Below, one piece after another: positions 29,925 through 44,846 of a stretch of 64,000 bases of DNA. A model generated the notes under the pieces. The model made no database searches and was not told where the DNA came from. It saw only the letters and a list, made by a program, of their open reading frames with translations. Source of the stretch: the human T2T-CHM13v2.0 reference genome, Homo sapiens. The DNA lies in assembly GCF_009914755.1 (NCBI RefSeq), contig NC_060941.1; one strand, given 5' to 3'. How positions within the stretch are numbered: position 1 is the first letter of the stretch; every line of letters begins with the position of its first letter. A program made the translations under genes and the position numbers.

Positions 29925-32774
29925 TAGTTTCATGTGTTATCTGTCAAAGGGAGGGGCAGGTAGCAGGTGGCTGTTGGAACTGGCCTAGGTCAAACACACT
30001 TGGGATTAGGGGCTAGGTCACACACACAAATGATGAAGCCCAGCTCCATTCTTGGTGAGCTTTGTGACCTGGGCAGATTGCTTCACCTTTCTGAGCACCA
30101 GTTTTCTCTTCAGAGCAAGGTATTACTGTGCTGTGCACCTACGGGGCTGCCACAGTGAGCAACCTAGGCACTGTGCCGATGGACTGGTGGCTTCCCTGTC
30201 TCTCCCACGGGTCCACAAGGCTTGTAGGCAGAGGCTACGTGATGTATGCTCGCACCACCAGTGCCTGCCAAATGCACAGCACATGGGAGGTGCTCCAAAA
30301 TGTTTACTGAATAAAAGAGAGCTCTGATAAAGACAGCTGTCTAAAGGAAGCCTATTATTGCCGCAGCTTAGTGACATCTATTTCTGCAAATGTAGAGATG
30401 TAAAAAATATATACATCTCCGTGTATGGCTTTGTTTTAAAGCCATCTTGCCTCTAGCAATCTGACCTCTGGATAAATTAAGGTGGTACTGTACTAATTTG
30501 CTTACACTTTAGTTCTTAAAAGGCATTGTGTTTCTTTAACAACGTTAAATTGGCCCTAGTGGTTGGTGCTTTCAGACGTTGCTTTGAGACATCTTTTACA
30601 TATGAAATTGAATTTCCAAGTACAGTACTGATGAAAATGGACTCTACTTTGTGCCCAAAAGCAGTGACTTTTGGTACTATAAATCGTTTGCTTATTGGTC
30701 AGATTTTTGCACATGTAAGGAAAAACACATTAAAAAAAAGAAAGCAGTTTGCTTAGTAGCGTTTGGCATAAGCAGCTGTCTCTAACCAGTGTAACAAAAG
30801 GCGTTTGCTTCTGAACACATGTCAGGAAAACCATCAACGGGGGAGCTCTGAAATTCTGACTTCTTTCTCTCTTATTAACAAAAAAAGAGAGAGAATGTGG
30901 CTTAGTCGTCACATTTCTTAGAAGTATTTTAAAACGACGTGGCTCACTCAAATCCAATAATAAAGTCATTGAGTGTTAAAAAGAAATTATAAGAGGCGGG
31001 GAAAGAATGTTTCATTGCCAAAGCCATCAGAATAAGAAAAAAATTTCATCTGTATTTTTCTAAATTTCTCTATAATATAGACATTACTTTTTTTCTAAGA
31101 AGAGAGGTTTCCAAATATCTAATTTTGCTAAGTGGCTCTCTTTGTTATAACACGCAGAACTATAAACATTGTGCAAGATGTTTAAAATAATACAGCTCCC
31201 AGGACTACTGAGAATTAATTAGGAAGGTAAATTTATTACCTAAATAAATTAATAAAGCTGAGTGCCACTCAAGGTCTGACATTAAGGGATTATATACTTT
31301 CCATTAAAGAGAACTAATAAATATAGTTGAAAGGATTGAGGGAGGGCCGAGGGAGTGAGTAGGCTAGCGCACACCAGCACAGGCGGTGCCAGACGTCAGC
31401 TGACTGTATCCATTGAGGTTACCATGGAAACCCCTTCCTTTGGGACACTGCCATGAGGGTAGGGTGCTTTAGAAATGGTGATGGGGCACAGACCGGCGGG
31501 CGGATGGATTTCAGCAGGGTTCACCCTGTACGCATTACAAGGACAATCCATCTTCCAAACGAAATGATATCTTTCTAGCAAGTCACGTCAAATAGAGCAA
31601 TAAAGCATGAAGTCTGGCATAATTACAGTCCATTTACCTTTACAAAACAGTCACATCGGTTCAGATAATTGTCTCTTTTCTCTCCCCTGCTTGCTTTGTA
31701 TTCTCCACAGAACGAAAGGAGGTATTTGTGCAATTAATTGGCTGCTTCCTTAGTCATCAAGCCCATACTGATAAAAAGGGACTATATCAAAACAACATTC
31801 ATGGGCAGATTCAAACATTCTTCAGACCAAACACATCATGACTCAACAACAAAAGAAGGGTAAGAAGAATTCTAGCTGAGGTAAGGTTATATGTTTCGGT
31901 TACTGTGCTCTCACTCAAAACTGGCAAACAGATTTTTTGTTTACGCAAATTAAACTCAATCTTGGCAACCTGCTCCATGGATGCTGGTTTGGGAGGACTA
32001 ATGTCCACATGAACTCTAGTGGCAGAAGTGCATTTATTCAAGCAACATGCTTCAGCCACGGGGAGCAATCTTTCCCACCAATTTACAGTGATCTCTAGTA
32101 TGATTTTCAAAGAGATTGTGATCAAAGTTTTGGACACAATATTGCTAATTATGTAGGCTATTTCTTGCTTCTGTTTTCCATATCAAGCCTCAGCAACCAC
32201 AAGTCCCCCAGCTCACAAAACATTCAAATTCTGACCCTACTGTCCCTGTAAAAATTTTAACCTTTGTTAACAATTTTACAACTAATGCTTTAATTCAATA
32301 TTACATACAAATATACCTGGTGACTCAAAGGGGATGATGCCAATTTGACAATAATGCAGATTCCAGTTGGCTGAAACCCTAACCTTAGTGTGCAATATTT
32401 ATACATAGAAAGGGGTCACCCGTAACTTAATGTTTCATGTTGTTTACAATTATATGACCATGCCATTTGTGAGAACAGTGTTTGCTGAAAAGAGTCTCAA
32501 AAACCTGTCACGATTTCCTGTTTTTATCTTTCCTGTGTGACTAGAACCATCATTAAATGGTAAATTGAATAATTCTCGCTAATGGAAGAGGGGGAAAAAG
32601 TGCCAAATTCAGCTTTTAATTATGTTTGCTTAGGCTTACATGAAGATCAAGCTTTGTCTCCTGAAAACAAACCAACTAATGACAAAGAGTGGAGAGATGG
32701 TTCTCATAAAGATTAATTGATAATCCAGTGTGTACTGAGTTATATATTTTAGGATAATAGAAAAATACATGATA

Positions 32775-34529
32775 CAACTACATACCTATTAGAATGGCCA
32801 AAATAAAAAAAAGACACTATCAAATACTGATGAGGATGGGAAGTAACAGAAACTCATTAATTCCTGGTGGAAATGGAAAATGATACAGCCACTTTGGAAA
32901 ATACTGGCAGTTCTTACAAAGCTAAATTTAGTCTTATCACAGGATTGAGCAATAGCACTCCTATTTATTCAATAGATTTAAAAACTTGTGTCCATACAAA
33001 AAACCTGCTTGCAAATGTTTTTAGTAGCTTTATTCATAGTTGCCAAAAAGTGGAAGCAATCAATAGGTGAATGGAGAAACAAATTACGGCACCTCCATAT
33101 AATGAACTATTTCTTGACTAAAAAAACAAAATGTGCCAACAAGCCATGGGAAGACATGACGGAACCTTAAAGGCCTACTGCTAAGTGAAAGAAGACAATC
33201 TGAAAAGGCTACATTCTGTATGATTCTAATTATATGACATTCTAGAAAAGGCACAACTGTAGAGACAGTAAAATGATAGTGGTTCCCGTAGGTTCAGGGG
33301 AAAGAGGGAAAGGAATGAACAGGTTACGCACACAGGATCTTTAGAGCAGTGAAACTGTTCTGTGTGATACTGTAATGGTGGATACATGACACTATACATT
33401 TGCCAAAACCTACAGAACTCAACAGCATCAAGAGTGAACCTTTGTGGGCAACTTAAAAAAAATTAGGAGGTTGGGGGGTTTCAGGAAGGAATGCAAAATG
33501 TGACAAGAGAATCCACTTATATTAAAAAGTATGGGCCAGGCACAGTGACTCACGCCTGTAATCCCAGCACTTTGGGAGGCCAAGGCAGGTGGGTCATGAG
33601 GTCAGGAGTTTAAGACCAGCCTGGCCAAGATGGTGAAACCTCGTCTCTACTAAAAATACAAAAAAAATTAGCCAGGCGTGGTGGCGGGCGCCTGTAATTC
33701 CAGCTACTCGGCTGAGGCAGAGAATTGCTTGAATCCGGGAGGCGGAGGTTGCACTGAGCCAAAATTGCGCCACTACACTCCAGCCTGGGTGACAAAGCGA
33801 GATTTCATCTCAAGAAAAAAAAAAAAAAAGGTATCAATCTCACTGAAGAGGGCGGAAAGAAAAGGTGCTGACCTAGGTAACTTTGGAAATGAGTGGAGTG
33901 TGTAAGACTAAAGGGAAAAGGAAGTGCATGTAGCACTGTACTCTATTTGATAAAGTCGTGCCTCACAGGAGTACAGGTTAACAATTCTGATACTGCTATG
34001 CATGGATACTGGAAATGAACAATTAGGTAAATGGACAGTGGATGGTGCAAGCCAGGTTTCTCACTTTTGGACAGGGAATTTAAAGATAAGCGATGGGGGA
34101 AGGCTAGAATGACTCATGTGGTCATGGACTAGAGTGAGAGACACTAGTATAAACTCATGTTTAACTTCATATAAAGATGGTCACATATAAAAATATTTAT
34201 AAAGATGTGTATATACACAGATTATACACATATATTTCTGTCCTGTGCCAGCTGAGAGGACCTAAAAGAAATGAATCCCCGGTAGCAACAAGCACATCTA
34301 GTATTCAGATCTGTTTCTTTCTTTTGTAGAGACAGTGTCTCACTATTTTACCCAGGCTGGTCTCAAACTCCTGGGCTCAAGCAATCTTCCCATCTTGGCC
34401 TCCCAAAGTGCTGGGATTACAGACGTCCAGCCTAGTAATATTCTAACACAGGATTATGTGATGATTGCACAACTGCATAAATTACTAAAAATAACTATAA
34501 CTTACAATGGGCAAATTTTATGGTATGTA

Positions 34530-34530
<1 letters not shown>
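32775..34530 (+). mobile_element. L1MC-type 3' end with nested Alu (+, 33534-33828) and Alu monomer (-, about 34316-34432)
   Basis: aagacaatctgaaaaggctacattctgtatgattctaattatatgacattctagaaaaggc, an L1MC 3' UTR motif. Confidence 0.75.
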
Positions 34531-35222
<692 letters not shown>

Positions 35223-35437
35223 TGAATTATACCTCAAGAAAGCTATTTTAAAAAGTCAATATGATGGGAAAAAAACAGGGTAGGGGTATATGTGAGTGGA
35301 AGTGCAGTGTGGACTAAAACAGACCAGAGATGTAACTACCAAGTGCCATATGATGGAATAATTTTACTTCTACATATGTAAATGTGAACCTACACAGAAT
35401 TCTGTTATTAAAAAAACAGGTTTAAAAGGCAGTCTTT

Positions 35438-35741
35438 GGCTAGGTGTGGTGTGGCTCATGCCTGTAATTCCAGCACTTTGGGATTTGAGGCTGAGGCAGG
35501 AGGATTGGCTGAGGCCAGGAGTTCCAGACCAGCTTGGGCAACGTGAGACCCTGTCTCTACAAAAAAAATTTTCAAAGTTTAGCCAAGAGTAGTGGCGTGC
35601 ATCTGCAGTCCTAGCTACTTGGAAGGCTGAGGAGACAGGAATGCTTGATCCCAGGAGTTTAAGGCTGCAGTGAGTTATGATTGCACAACTGCACTCCAGC
35701 CTGGGCAACAGAGCGAGAACCCGTCTCTTAAAAAAAAAAAA
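35438..35741 (+). mobile_element. AluJ
   Basis: J-type consensus; TSD-like aaaaggcagtct / aaaaggtagtct. Confidence 0.85.
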
Positions 35742-36638
35742 GGTAGTCTGAACAACTGGGGAAATTTAAATATGTACTGAATATTAGATGATATTATGGA
35801 AATATTAATATTTTAGATATGAAAATGGTATTGTGGTTATGAAGGAGAATGTCCTTATTCTTCGGAGATGCACACGTGTATTTCAAGGGTGAAGTGTCAC
35901 AAGACAGAAATAAAACACATATGGCAAAAAATAAGGCCTTAGTGAATATAGGGGTGGGGAACATGGGTGTTCCCTGTGCTATTCTTTCAAACTCTGTTAG
36001 TTTGAAATTTTTCATAATAAAAAGTCAGAGGGATAGAATTAGCAGTGAACTCTGAGGGAACAGAATGCTCTTAAGTTAGGAAAGATTTGCTTATCAGAGA
36101 TTTCCTTTATTCCCTTCCTTCCTTGCTAACTAAAGTAGAAAATATATTCTCCTAAAGCTTGCACCCAATTATAGCTCCTTATAAGTGAGTGAGAAATGGT
36201 TAGTGTCTATCTCTGCTCCATAAAGTCTAGAATAACACATAACATAGATTTTGAGTTTTTAAAGTTTGGCATGGAGGAGGCCAAGGAGTCTGGTTATAGC
36301 TCACTTCAAATAACAAATGACAAGACCTCTTTTAATAAGAGTAGCAGACTGGAAACCTGGGGCTGAATATGGCCTATAGACATGTTTTTTTTATTTGGCT
36401 TGCAAGGCATTTTAAAGTTAGTTCATAATACTTAACAATTAGGAGATTTCACATAAAATGCAGACTTCTGATTTTTCTAGGCATATCCAAAGCTTTGGCC
36501 CAGTGGATTCAGGCATGGCCCAAACCTTTTGGAGCGGAGTGGCGGCTGCCGTGTCATGAGGTATATGCTGCATTCGTGTATGTGCCCATCTGACTCCTAA
36601 AGGCATTTGACTTCATGAGAAAGAAAACATGCAAACTT

Positions 36639-36644
<6 letters not shown>

Positions 36645-36726
<82 letters not shown>
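36645..36726. repeat. Compound microsatellite (TA)13(CA)21(TA)7
   Basis: Read directly from the sequence. Confidence 0.97.
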
Positions 36727-39503
36727 AATAGGCAAATAGGAAGCTGTCCTTTCTGACAGAATTCCTTTTACCATCATCCCCCGCTCTTTTTCCCTTCATA
36801 TGGTTGTGGCAAATGACAGTGTTATGTTGGGAGGAGGTAAGACGGAAAGGAGGGTATCTGGGAATTTATTGTAATTTTTGGGTTCATAATACCTTTGTCC
36901 AACAGTAATCAAAACAGTAACTGGCACAAGGATATCTAACAGACCAATAGAACAGAGCAGAGAATCCGGAAGAGGTGTATGGACACTCGGTTTATGACAA
37001 ATATGGCACTGAAGAGCAATGGAGAAAAATGATCTCCCCCGCACAGAACACAAAAGCACACTTACCACAAATTACTATCTATGTAGTAATTTAAAAACAT
37101 ACTACCAAACTACTCATGGCTTAAAGAGGAACTCACAATGGAAATCACAAAATAATTAAAACTGAACAACAAAGGTAGTATCACACATGTGAAGTTCAGC
37201 TCAAGCCATTCTTAAATACAAATTTACAAATTCAATGAATTTTTAAGACTAAATTTAAAAAAAAAACAGTTAAGCCCCCAACTAAAAAGGCTAGAAAAAG
37301 AACAACCTAAAGAATGAAGAAGGAAAAAATAAGAGCAGAGGTAAATGAAAAGATAACAAAATCAATAAGAGAGACAGACCTACAGCAAAACTGATCTTGG
37401 AAGAAATGAGAAAAAGTACATATAATCAATATTAGGAACACAAAGGAGTATATACCTATAGGTACAATGAAGAGCTCTTCACTCTAGTGTTTCACACATC
37501 CCTCTCTTTAAGTACACTGAAATCTCCCCCAGGCTTGAGTGATCATTTAACTAATTTGCTTCACTTTCCTCTTTACTTACATCCTCCTCTTACCCCCTTC
37601 ATAGATAGCTTGCTTTCTTCTTCTTTTTCTTCTCTTTCTCCTCCCATTTTTATTAGGGTATAACATGCATGCCCTAGAGTGCACAAATCTCAAGTAAACA
37701 GCTTGATGAGTTCTTACAAATGTATACATCTGTGAACCCCCCACCAGATCAAGCTATTACACATTTCCAGCCCCCACCCCCATCCCAGAAGGCTCCTTCC
37801 TCCCTGCTCGTGTCTCTGTGTCTTTGCTGTTCCTTCTGTCTAAAATACTTTCCACCAAGTACACGTACGGTTCATTCCTTAACTCCTTCAAGTCTTTGCT
37901 TAAATGTCAACTTCTCAGTGAGGCCTGGTCACCCTATTTAAACTTACAACACACCTCACACGTTCTATCTTCTTTCCTGATTTTATTTTTTCCCTTATCA
38001 CCTTCTATGGACTATATCATGTGCGTATGTATATACATACACACACATATACTTTTCCCCATTGGAATGTAAATTCCAAGACTTGCAGAGATTTTGCCTG
38101 TTTTGACACCTCTATGTTCCTAATACATATGTGGCTGGCATATAATGAACACTTAGTAATTATCTGAATTGAATGGTTTAGTTATTGAGGGTGTGATGTA
38201 TAGATGATCTGATGTATAACTGCCTAAAATCCCAAAGAAGGTAATTTCTAGACTGTCATTCTCTCTGACCCAGATGCAATTTAAAATCGCCCATCTCCTG
38301 TCTACTCGAGGTCCCTTAAGTCTCTGTTCATTACAACTCAAAACCTAGCAGGAAGAAATGAGCACCAGGATGCTGCAAAAAGCAACTCTCAAGAGGGGGT
38401 GTGCAATTGGCTGCAGCATCTCAACAAGGAGGGGCAAAGGAGGATTGCTCCACCCAGTGTGGAAAGCCAGCAGTTCATGGTCTGTACGGAGGAAGATGTT
38501 ACTTAACCTATCACTGGTGACCCATGGGAGATGGCTGGTGTGCCCATTAAAGTTAGTTGCTGATTTATAGAAGTTCAATGCATTAGGAGATGTAAGGATA
38601 GTGGGATTGGATGGGTATTTTTTATAGTGCATTAGGAAAACAACAAATATTGGTCCCATAGTGCGTGGCTGGAGGCAGTTAAGGAAACAGAGGAACCACT
38701 TTCTGCTGAAAGCACTCATGAAGACTACGTTCAAGAATGATTAGACAAACTACCAAATTGCAACATCAGCTGAGTTTTCACCCATCCTGGAGATTCATGA
38801 GCACAATTTTAGGTCCTGTTTGACAAAGACTGGGATGCTGGCAATTGGAGTGGGAGTAGCTGGGAAGAATCCAAGGACCTAGGATGCCTGGCCAACCTGG
38901 CCTATCTGAAGCACTTCTCTTCTGCTCCTTTCTGCTGGGAAAACCCAATGACCCGCCCCAATATTCAGCGTGATCTGTGACCAAGGTCCAAATGTGGCTT
39001 GGGCCTAAGGATGACAGTGATAAATAGTGGAGGGAGGAGATCAGTTATACCCCAAAATGAATAGTAGGAATTATCCATGCCATACCAGAAAAAGTAAGGA
39101 AAGACTATGCATAGATTTGCAAGCATTCGGCATGAACAAAAGTACCGATCTGGATCACCCAGCATTGGTTGCTATGGCGAGGCCTCATCTGAGACACTGT
39201 GTTCAATATGTTACTGCAAGATGAAACTCTAATGGTTTGCTGAGTTGGCTGACTCAGACCTTAGCCTAAAGCTGACCCATGCTGTCTAGCAAGAAAGAAG
39301 TAACTGTGAGTAAGAAGATAGACAAAGAGAAAAAGAGAAAGAATGGCAGAAACATAGGCTATGCAAAACTCAGGTTGTGGAGGAGGCTAAACGATAGCAG
39401 GGTCCCTTAAAGCTGCCTTAAAACCTGAATGGTAGCATTTCCTGGGTTTCCATGGGATTTGATTCCCTTACTACCCTGGTACCTTTACTAAAATAAAAAA
39501 TGG

Positions 39504-39803
<300 letters not shown>

Positions 39804-40639
39804 TTACTTAAGACAGAATGCGCTTACAGTCTGTCCTTGGAGCAAGAAAGGACTAACTAAAACAGGAAAGGAGCCTCTATAGAAGGAGAAATGAAAGGTG
39901 GAGAATGAGAGAAGTATGGATGCCCTTAGCTATGCCCTGTATGTTTTTATTGACTACTCTTATTTCTGAAAACTTTCCGATTTGATTTTGAAACATGATG
40001 TTCCCATAGTTTTTTTCTTTCGTAGAATAATTTAAAAAGTATAGAACTGAAGGGAAATTAGAGCTCATTTAGTCCATTAAAAGAGAGATGAGAAAATGGA
40101 GGTCCATAAAGAAATTTCCTTTTTATTCCATTTCCTTCAGTGATTCTCTTTTTCCCACCATTTAACTGTGGATGTTTTTGAATAATCCACCCCCTTTCTC
40201 TCTCTCGACTCATAATTTCAGCCTCCAACTATACATGAGTCCACTCTTAAATCTGAAGTGATGAATTCTTTCCCACTCTATACCATCAGACTTCCAACTA
40301 TCTACGGAAAGTATACTTGTACGTTTCACAAAAACCTCAAATTCAATATGGTTAAAATTGAAATCACTTTCCTTCATCCCCTCCCAGCTTCTCCAACACT
40401 ATTATTAGCATCATCATGTTTTAAAAAGGTTCTTTATCTTAAACTTTGTTTTTAATTTCAAAATATTTCAATCATACAGAAAAGTATAAATAATAATATA
40501 ACAAATACTCATGTCCCTATCATCCACACCTAATATTCTGACATATTTGCTTCAGACTTAAAAACAATGACAGGTCTAGTTGGAAGTTCCCCATCACATC
40601 AAACTTGCTCCCTCTGAAAAGGTGGCTGCCCTTCTGAAG

Positions 40640-41030
40640 TTAGTTCCACCCAGAAGCAGACCCTGAGATAAAGGCTGATGAGTATACAGAGTTGATTTGG
40701 GAGGTTCAGGCACACTGGCAAGGAAGTGGGGAGAGAAGGCAGCCACCACTGTGGGCAAGTTTACTCCTGCAGGGAAGCTCTAGGAGATGGTGTGAGACAG
40801 CCTGGAACTGTCTTGGCCAATGAGTGATGGAGATGGAGTATTTATACCCCACACTTATCACACAATGAGTGCCTAGGCACTTCCAGCCCTCTGTGAGTAA
40901 GGGCAAAGCAGGTTTGGCAGCCTGAGGGCAGCTTTTTGACAAAGATGTTGGCTGCTGGAAATCAGGCTGGTATGCACAAATATGGTATGGGAATACGAGA
41001 CGGTATGGGCAGGGTGTTGACAGCATCTGC
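40640..41030 (-). mobile_element. ERVL-type LTR (LTR33-like)
   Basis: cccagaagcagaccctgagataaagg...tttgggaggt motif; subfamily uncertain. Confidence 0.5.
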
Positions 41031-41473
41031 AACGGGGTGTATCCATCCCACTGACGTTTTACCTTTACTACTGTAGTTAAACATTGTTAGTTTTTATGAT
41101 GTCATGATATTATTAATAACAATTAGCAATGATAATGATGAAGATAAAGGGAAACAGTGACTATAAAAACCAGTTGACATGAATAAGGGAAAACAACTTC
41201 GGTTCAAAGAGCTGTTTAACTATTTATTGAATTTATATCATGTGCCTGATGAATCTCCCCTTAATAGAAAGCAAGGAAAAGGAACAAAACACATACCACA
41301 ATTAATTTTTTTGGTTTCACACTTCTTTAGACTTGGACAAAATATGATTTTCTGCCTCATCTATCTTCATCTCCTACTTCAAGATTGGAGGGTTATTAGG
41401 CTTAAACTGTAACTGCAATAGAAGATTATAAGTCTATATATAAGAAGACTATATATAATCAAGAGTGTTTTAG

Positions 41474-41779
41474 GGCTGGGTGTGGTGGCTTATGCCTGTA
41501 ATCCCAGCACTTTGGGAGACCACAGCGGGTGGATCACTTGAGGCCAGGAGTTTGAGACCAGCCTGGTCAACTTGGCGAAACCCCTCATCTCTACTAAAAA
41601 TACAAAATACCTGGGCATGGTGGCGTGCACCTCTAATCCCAGCTACTCAGGAGGCAGAGGCACAAGAATCACCTGAACCTAGGAGGTGGAGGTTGCGGTG
41701 ACCTGATATCGTGCCACTGCACTCCAGCCTGGGGGACAGAGTCAAACTGTCTAAAAAATAAATAAAATAAAATAAAAAA
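41474..41779 (+). mobile_element. AluS
   Basis: Alu consensus with (TAAAA)n tail; TSD aagagtgt. Confidence 0.88.
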
Positions 41780-42806
41780 GAGTGTCATATCATTTTAGCC
41801 TTAGTTGCAATCTATTGGCCTTTCTATTGAAAGGAAAAAAGGTGTGTGTGTGAGGGGGTTGGGTGAGGGGTGCATAGTGAAGACGGATCTCCACCCCATA
41901 GTCTAAATCATTCTAAAGCATTCAGCAAAGCCAGGAATAGTTTGTCTTCCTTGTACCTTATAACTAAAAGGACCCCTGACTTAGCAAAATAAAACTGTAA
42001 AACAATATGTTTCCTATTCCCTCTTGCAGCAACCAAAAGGATTTAAAATATTCTCTAAGTAATACTCCTCATAGTTCCCAGTATTAGACAAACACAGTCT
42101 TCCTTCTTTAACAACTAACAGAGGAAAATCACCTGACACGTGAAAAGATCCAATATTCCGGTAGGATCTTTCCGAAGAATCAGAATAAACAGTCACTTGT
42201 AAAGCAGACTCTATTAAGAAGGACAAATTACAAACAAACAAACTCATATTGAGATTCAAGGAGATACCCACGAAATTTCGTATTTCAAATAAAAAATGAT
42301 AACGGAATTAGAAAACTGTATGGTTATAGTGAACAATAAAGTGGACTTACACCAAAGATCACACAATCAACAACTAAATATGCACAAAATATATGGTGAA
42401 AAGAATTCTGGAAGCAGCATAAATTTTACATTTAAAAGAGAAAAAGTAATATTTTAAGTAATCCCCTACCGATTTTCTACCATTTCCATATAAAAACAAA
42501 CCTTATGAAAACAAATAAGAAAATGCATTATACGCCAGTGCATTTAAACAGTGGATCAGGAATAGAGAAAGATCACAAAGAATCAGTAGTCCTTACACTT
42601 TAAAAAATGTCTGCATTTATCTCTTGGAAACTTTGGATCCTTTTAGAAAACTGTACATTTCTACAAAACATATGACACATAAAATTTCAGGAATTCATGG
42701 GCATCCTAAAGCCCCAAAGATTCTAGAACTCAGTCTATTGACCCATTAGTGGTCCATGAGCACCAGGTTAAGAATCTTTATCCAGAGAGAAGCACAGAGG
42801 ACTTAC

Positions 42807-42920
42807 ATTGTATAGAGGGATAGTCTTCATCACCTTGTACTGTTTAGTGGGATCCATTTTATACAGGTGACGGTCAGTGACAAAAATTGCTCTGTCTTCC
42901 ACCTTACTAAATCGATTTAC
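42807..42920 (-). CDS. MYO1D: MYO1D coding exon (probably exon 20), 114 nt, TH1/PH-like core
   Basis: Not in the ORF track. Read manually as [38 protein letters not shown] (class-I myosin KVNR..K...R motif); acceptor ctcttacag|GTA, donor AAT|gtaagt; phase 0-0. Confidence 0.96.
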
Positions 42921-43444
42921 CTGTAAGAGAACAAACCAATAAACCATAGTATCTCATCAATAAGGAAATCAAGTTGGCTGATTGTGAAGACAAATTCTTT
43001 AATAGATGTGAACCATGTATGGCCACTCTACTGGATGCAATAAAGATTTAAAAGGAGTAGCTGTTCCCATACTTGTGGAATTTGGCAATTGAAATTTTAC
43101 AATTGAACATGGAAAACAAGAAAACCACAGAAGAATTAAAGGACTAAACATATGTAACCCAGACACCATCAAGTAAGTAAAAAGGCAAACCCAGAGAATG
43201 GGAGAAAAACTTTGAAAATCATATATCTAAAAAGGGACTTGTATCTGGACTATGTAAAGAACTAATACAATTCAATAACTAAAAGGAAAATAACCCAATT
43301 ATACAAAGAAATAATATGAAGCCCTTGGTTATAATAAGAATCTGAGACTAGTATATAGGGATAAGACAAATAGGAAACTAATAAGTAAAAATAATTTCAT
43401 ATAATGATATAAAGAAAATAAACTAGATTATGAGATTGGGAGAA

Positions 43445-43446
<2 letters not shown>

Positions 43447-43498
<52 letters not shown>
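43447..43498. repeat. Perfect (TG)26 microsatellite
   Basis: Read directly from the sequence. Confidence 0.97.
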
Positions 43499-43502
<4 letters not shown>

Positions 43503-44408
43503 ATGCTACTTTATTAGACAGAGGGTCAGAGAAGATTCACATGTTCAGGTAAATCTTTTCCTAAGAGCAGAATTAACCACAGGATATTTTATAAGTAGTT
43601 AGCTACTTAGACTTGGGTAATAAACACATATGTATTTTAAAAAGATGAGGGTCTCACTCTGTCACCCAAGATAGTGTGTAGTGGCTCAAGCAGTGACTCA
43701 GTGCAGCCTCAAACTCCTGGGCTCAAGTGATCCTCCTGCCTCCTAAGTTGTTGAGACTGCCAGCATGCGCCACCATGTCCAGCTAGACTTGGATACTAAT
43801 CAACGTACCTAGCACTAAACATTTTTGAACCACTACGATATCATGTTTTTCAGTAACTAGAAGGAAAAAGAATGCAAACCAAACCAACAAACAGAAAACT
43901 TAAAAAGCCCTCCTCAACTAGAAAAGAAGGCATAGTTGTGATCTATATCCTCCATCCCCTCCTTCAAATTCTTATTTCTAAGATGCAAACAAAGAAGTTA
44001 GAGATCAATTTGAAAACATGGTTAGCTTCGGTAGGCTATTTAGCTAATGAAATTAAGATTGGCAGGATGGAACATAGCAGGATATATTGCTATAGGGAGG
44101 ATATAGCAAACTAAAATTTAAATTTTAGTTTGAATTTTATTCAATCTTCTCCCCTTTGCCCCATAGTTTTAGAAATCAGTCAATTCTCTAAGCATTTCCT
44201 TAATAACCAAAGCACATTTTTTTCAGTCTTCAACTTGACAAAAATGGTGTCTGTAATTGAGAGTAAAATAGAATCTATATGGTGGAATAATTATTAGCCT
44301 TAGTAAATAACTTTACATAGCAACAGCTTTTGCTATTAACAGAGGATTGGCACTTGTCAGAAAACTTGAAACACAGTGAGTGAAGAGCTTCTATAGCAGC
44401 ATTTTTCT

Positions 44409-44846
44409 TTCTTTTTTTCTTTTATTATTATACTTTAAGTTTTAGGGTACATGTGCACAATGTGCAGGTTAGTTACATATGTATACATGTGCCATGCTGG
44501 TGCGCTGCACCCACTAACTCGTCATCTAGCATTAGGTATATCTCCCAATGCTATCCCTCCCCCCTCCCCCCACCCCACAACAGTCCCCAGAGTGTGATGT
44601 TCCCCTTCCTGTGTCCATGTGATCTCATTGTTCAATTCCCACCTATGAGTGAGAATATGCGGTGTTTGGTTTTTTGTTCTTGCGATAGTTTACTGAGAAT
44701 GATGATTTCCAATTTCATCCATGTCCCTACAAAGGACATGAACTAATCATTTTTTATGGCTGCATAGTATTCCATGGTGTATATGTGCCACATTTTCTTA
44801 ATCCAGTCTATCATTGTTGGACATTTGGGTTGGTTCCAAGTCTTTA
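44409..44846 (-). mobile_element. 5'-truncated young L1 3' end (L1PA2-type), about 440 bp
   Basis: 3' UTR sequence gtgcgctgcacccactaactcgtcatctagc (GAG-type, not L1HS-Ta ACA). Perfect 17-bp TSD tatagcagcatttttct at 44392-44408 and 44847-44863. Confidence 0.9.

Noticed and set aside
38345-39490. 129-aa ORF and unexplained sequence
   Set aside because: No recognisable protein. Probably decayed ancient LTR-type sequence, but I cannot assign a family.
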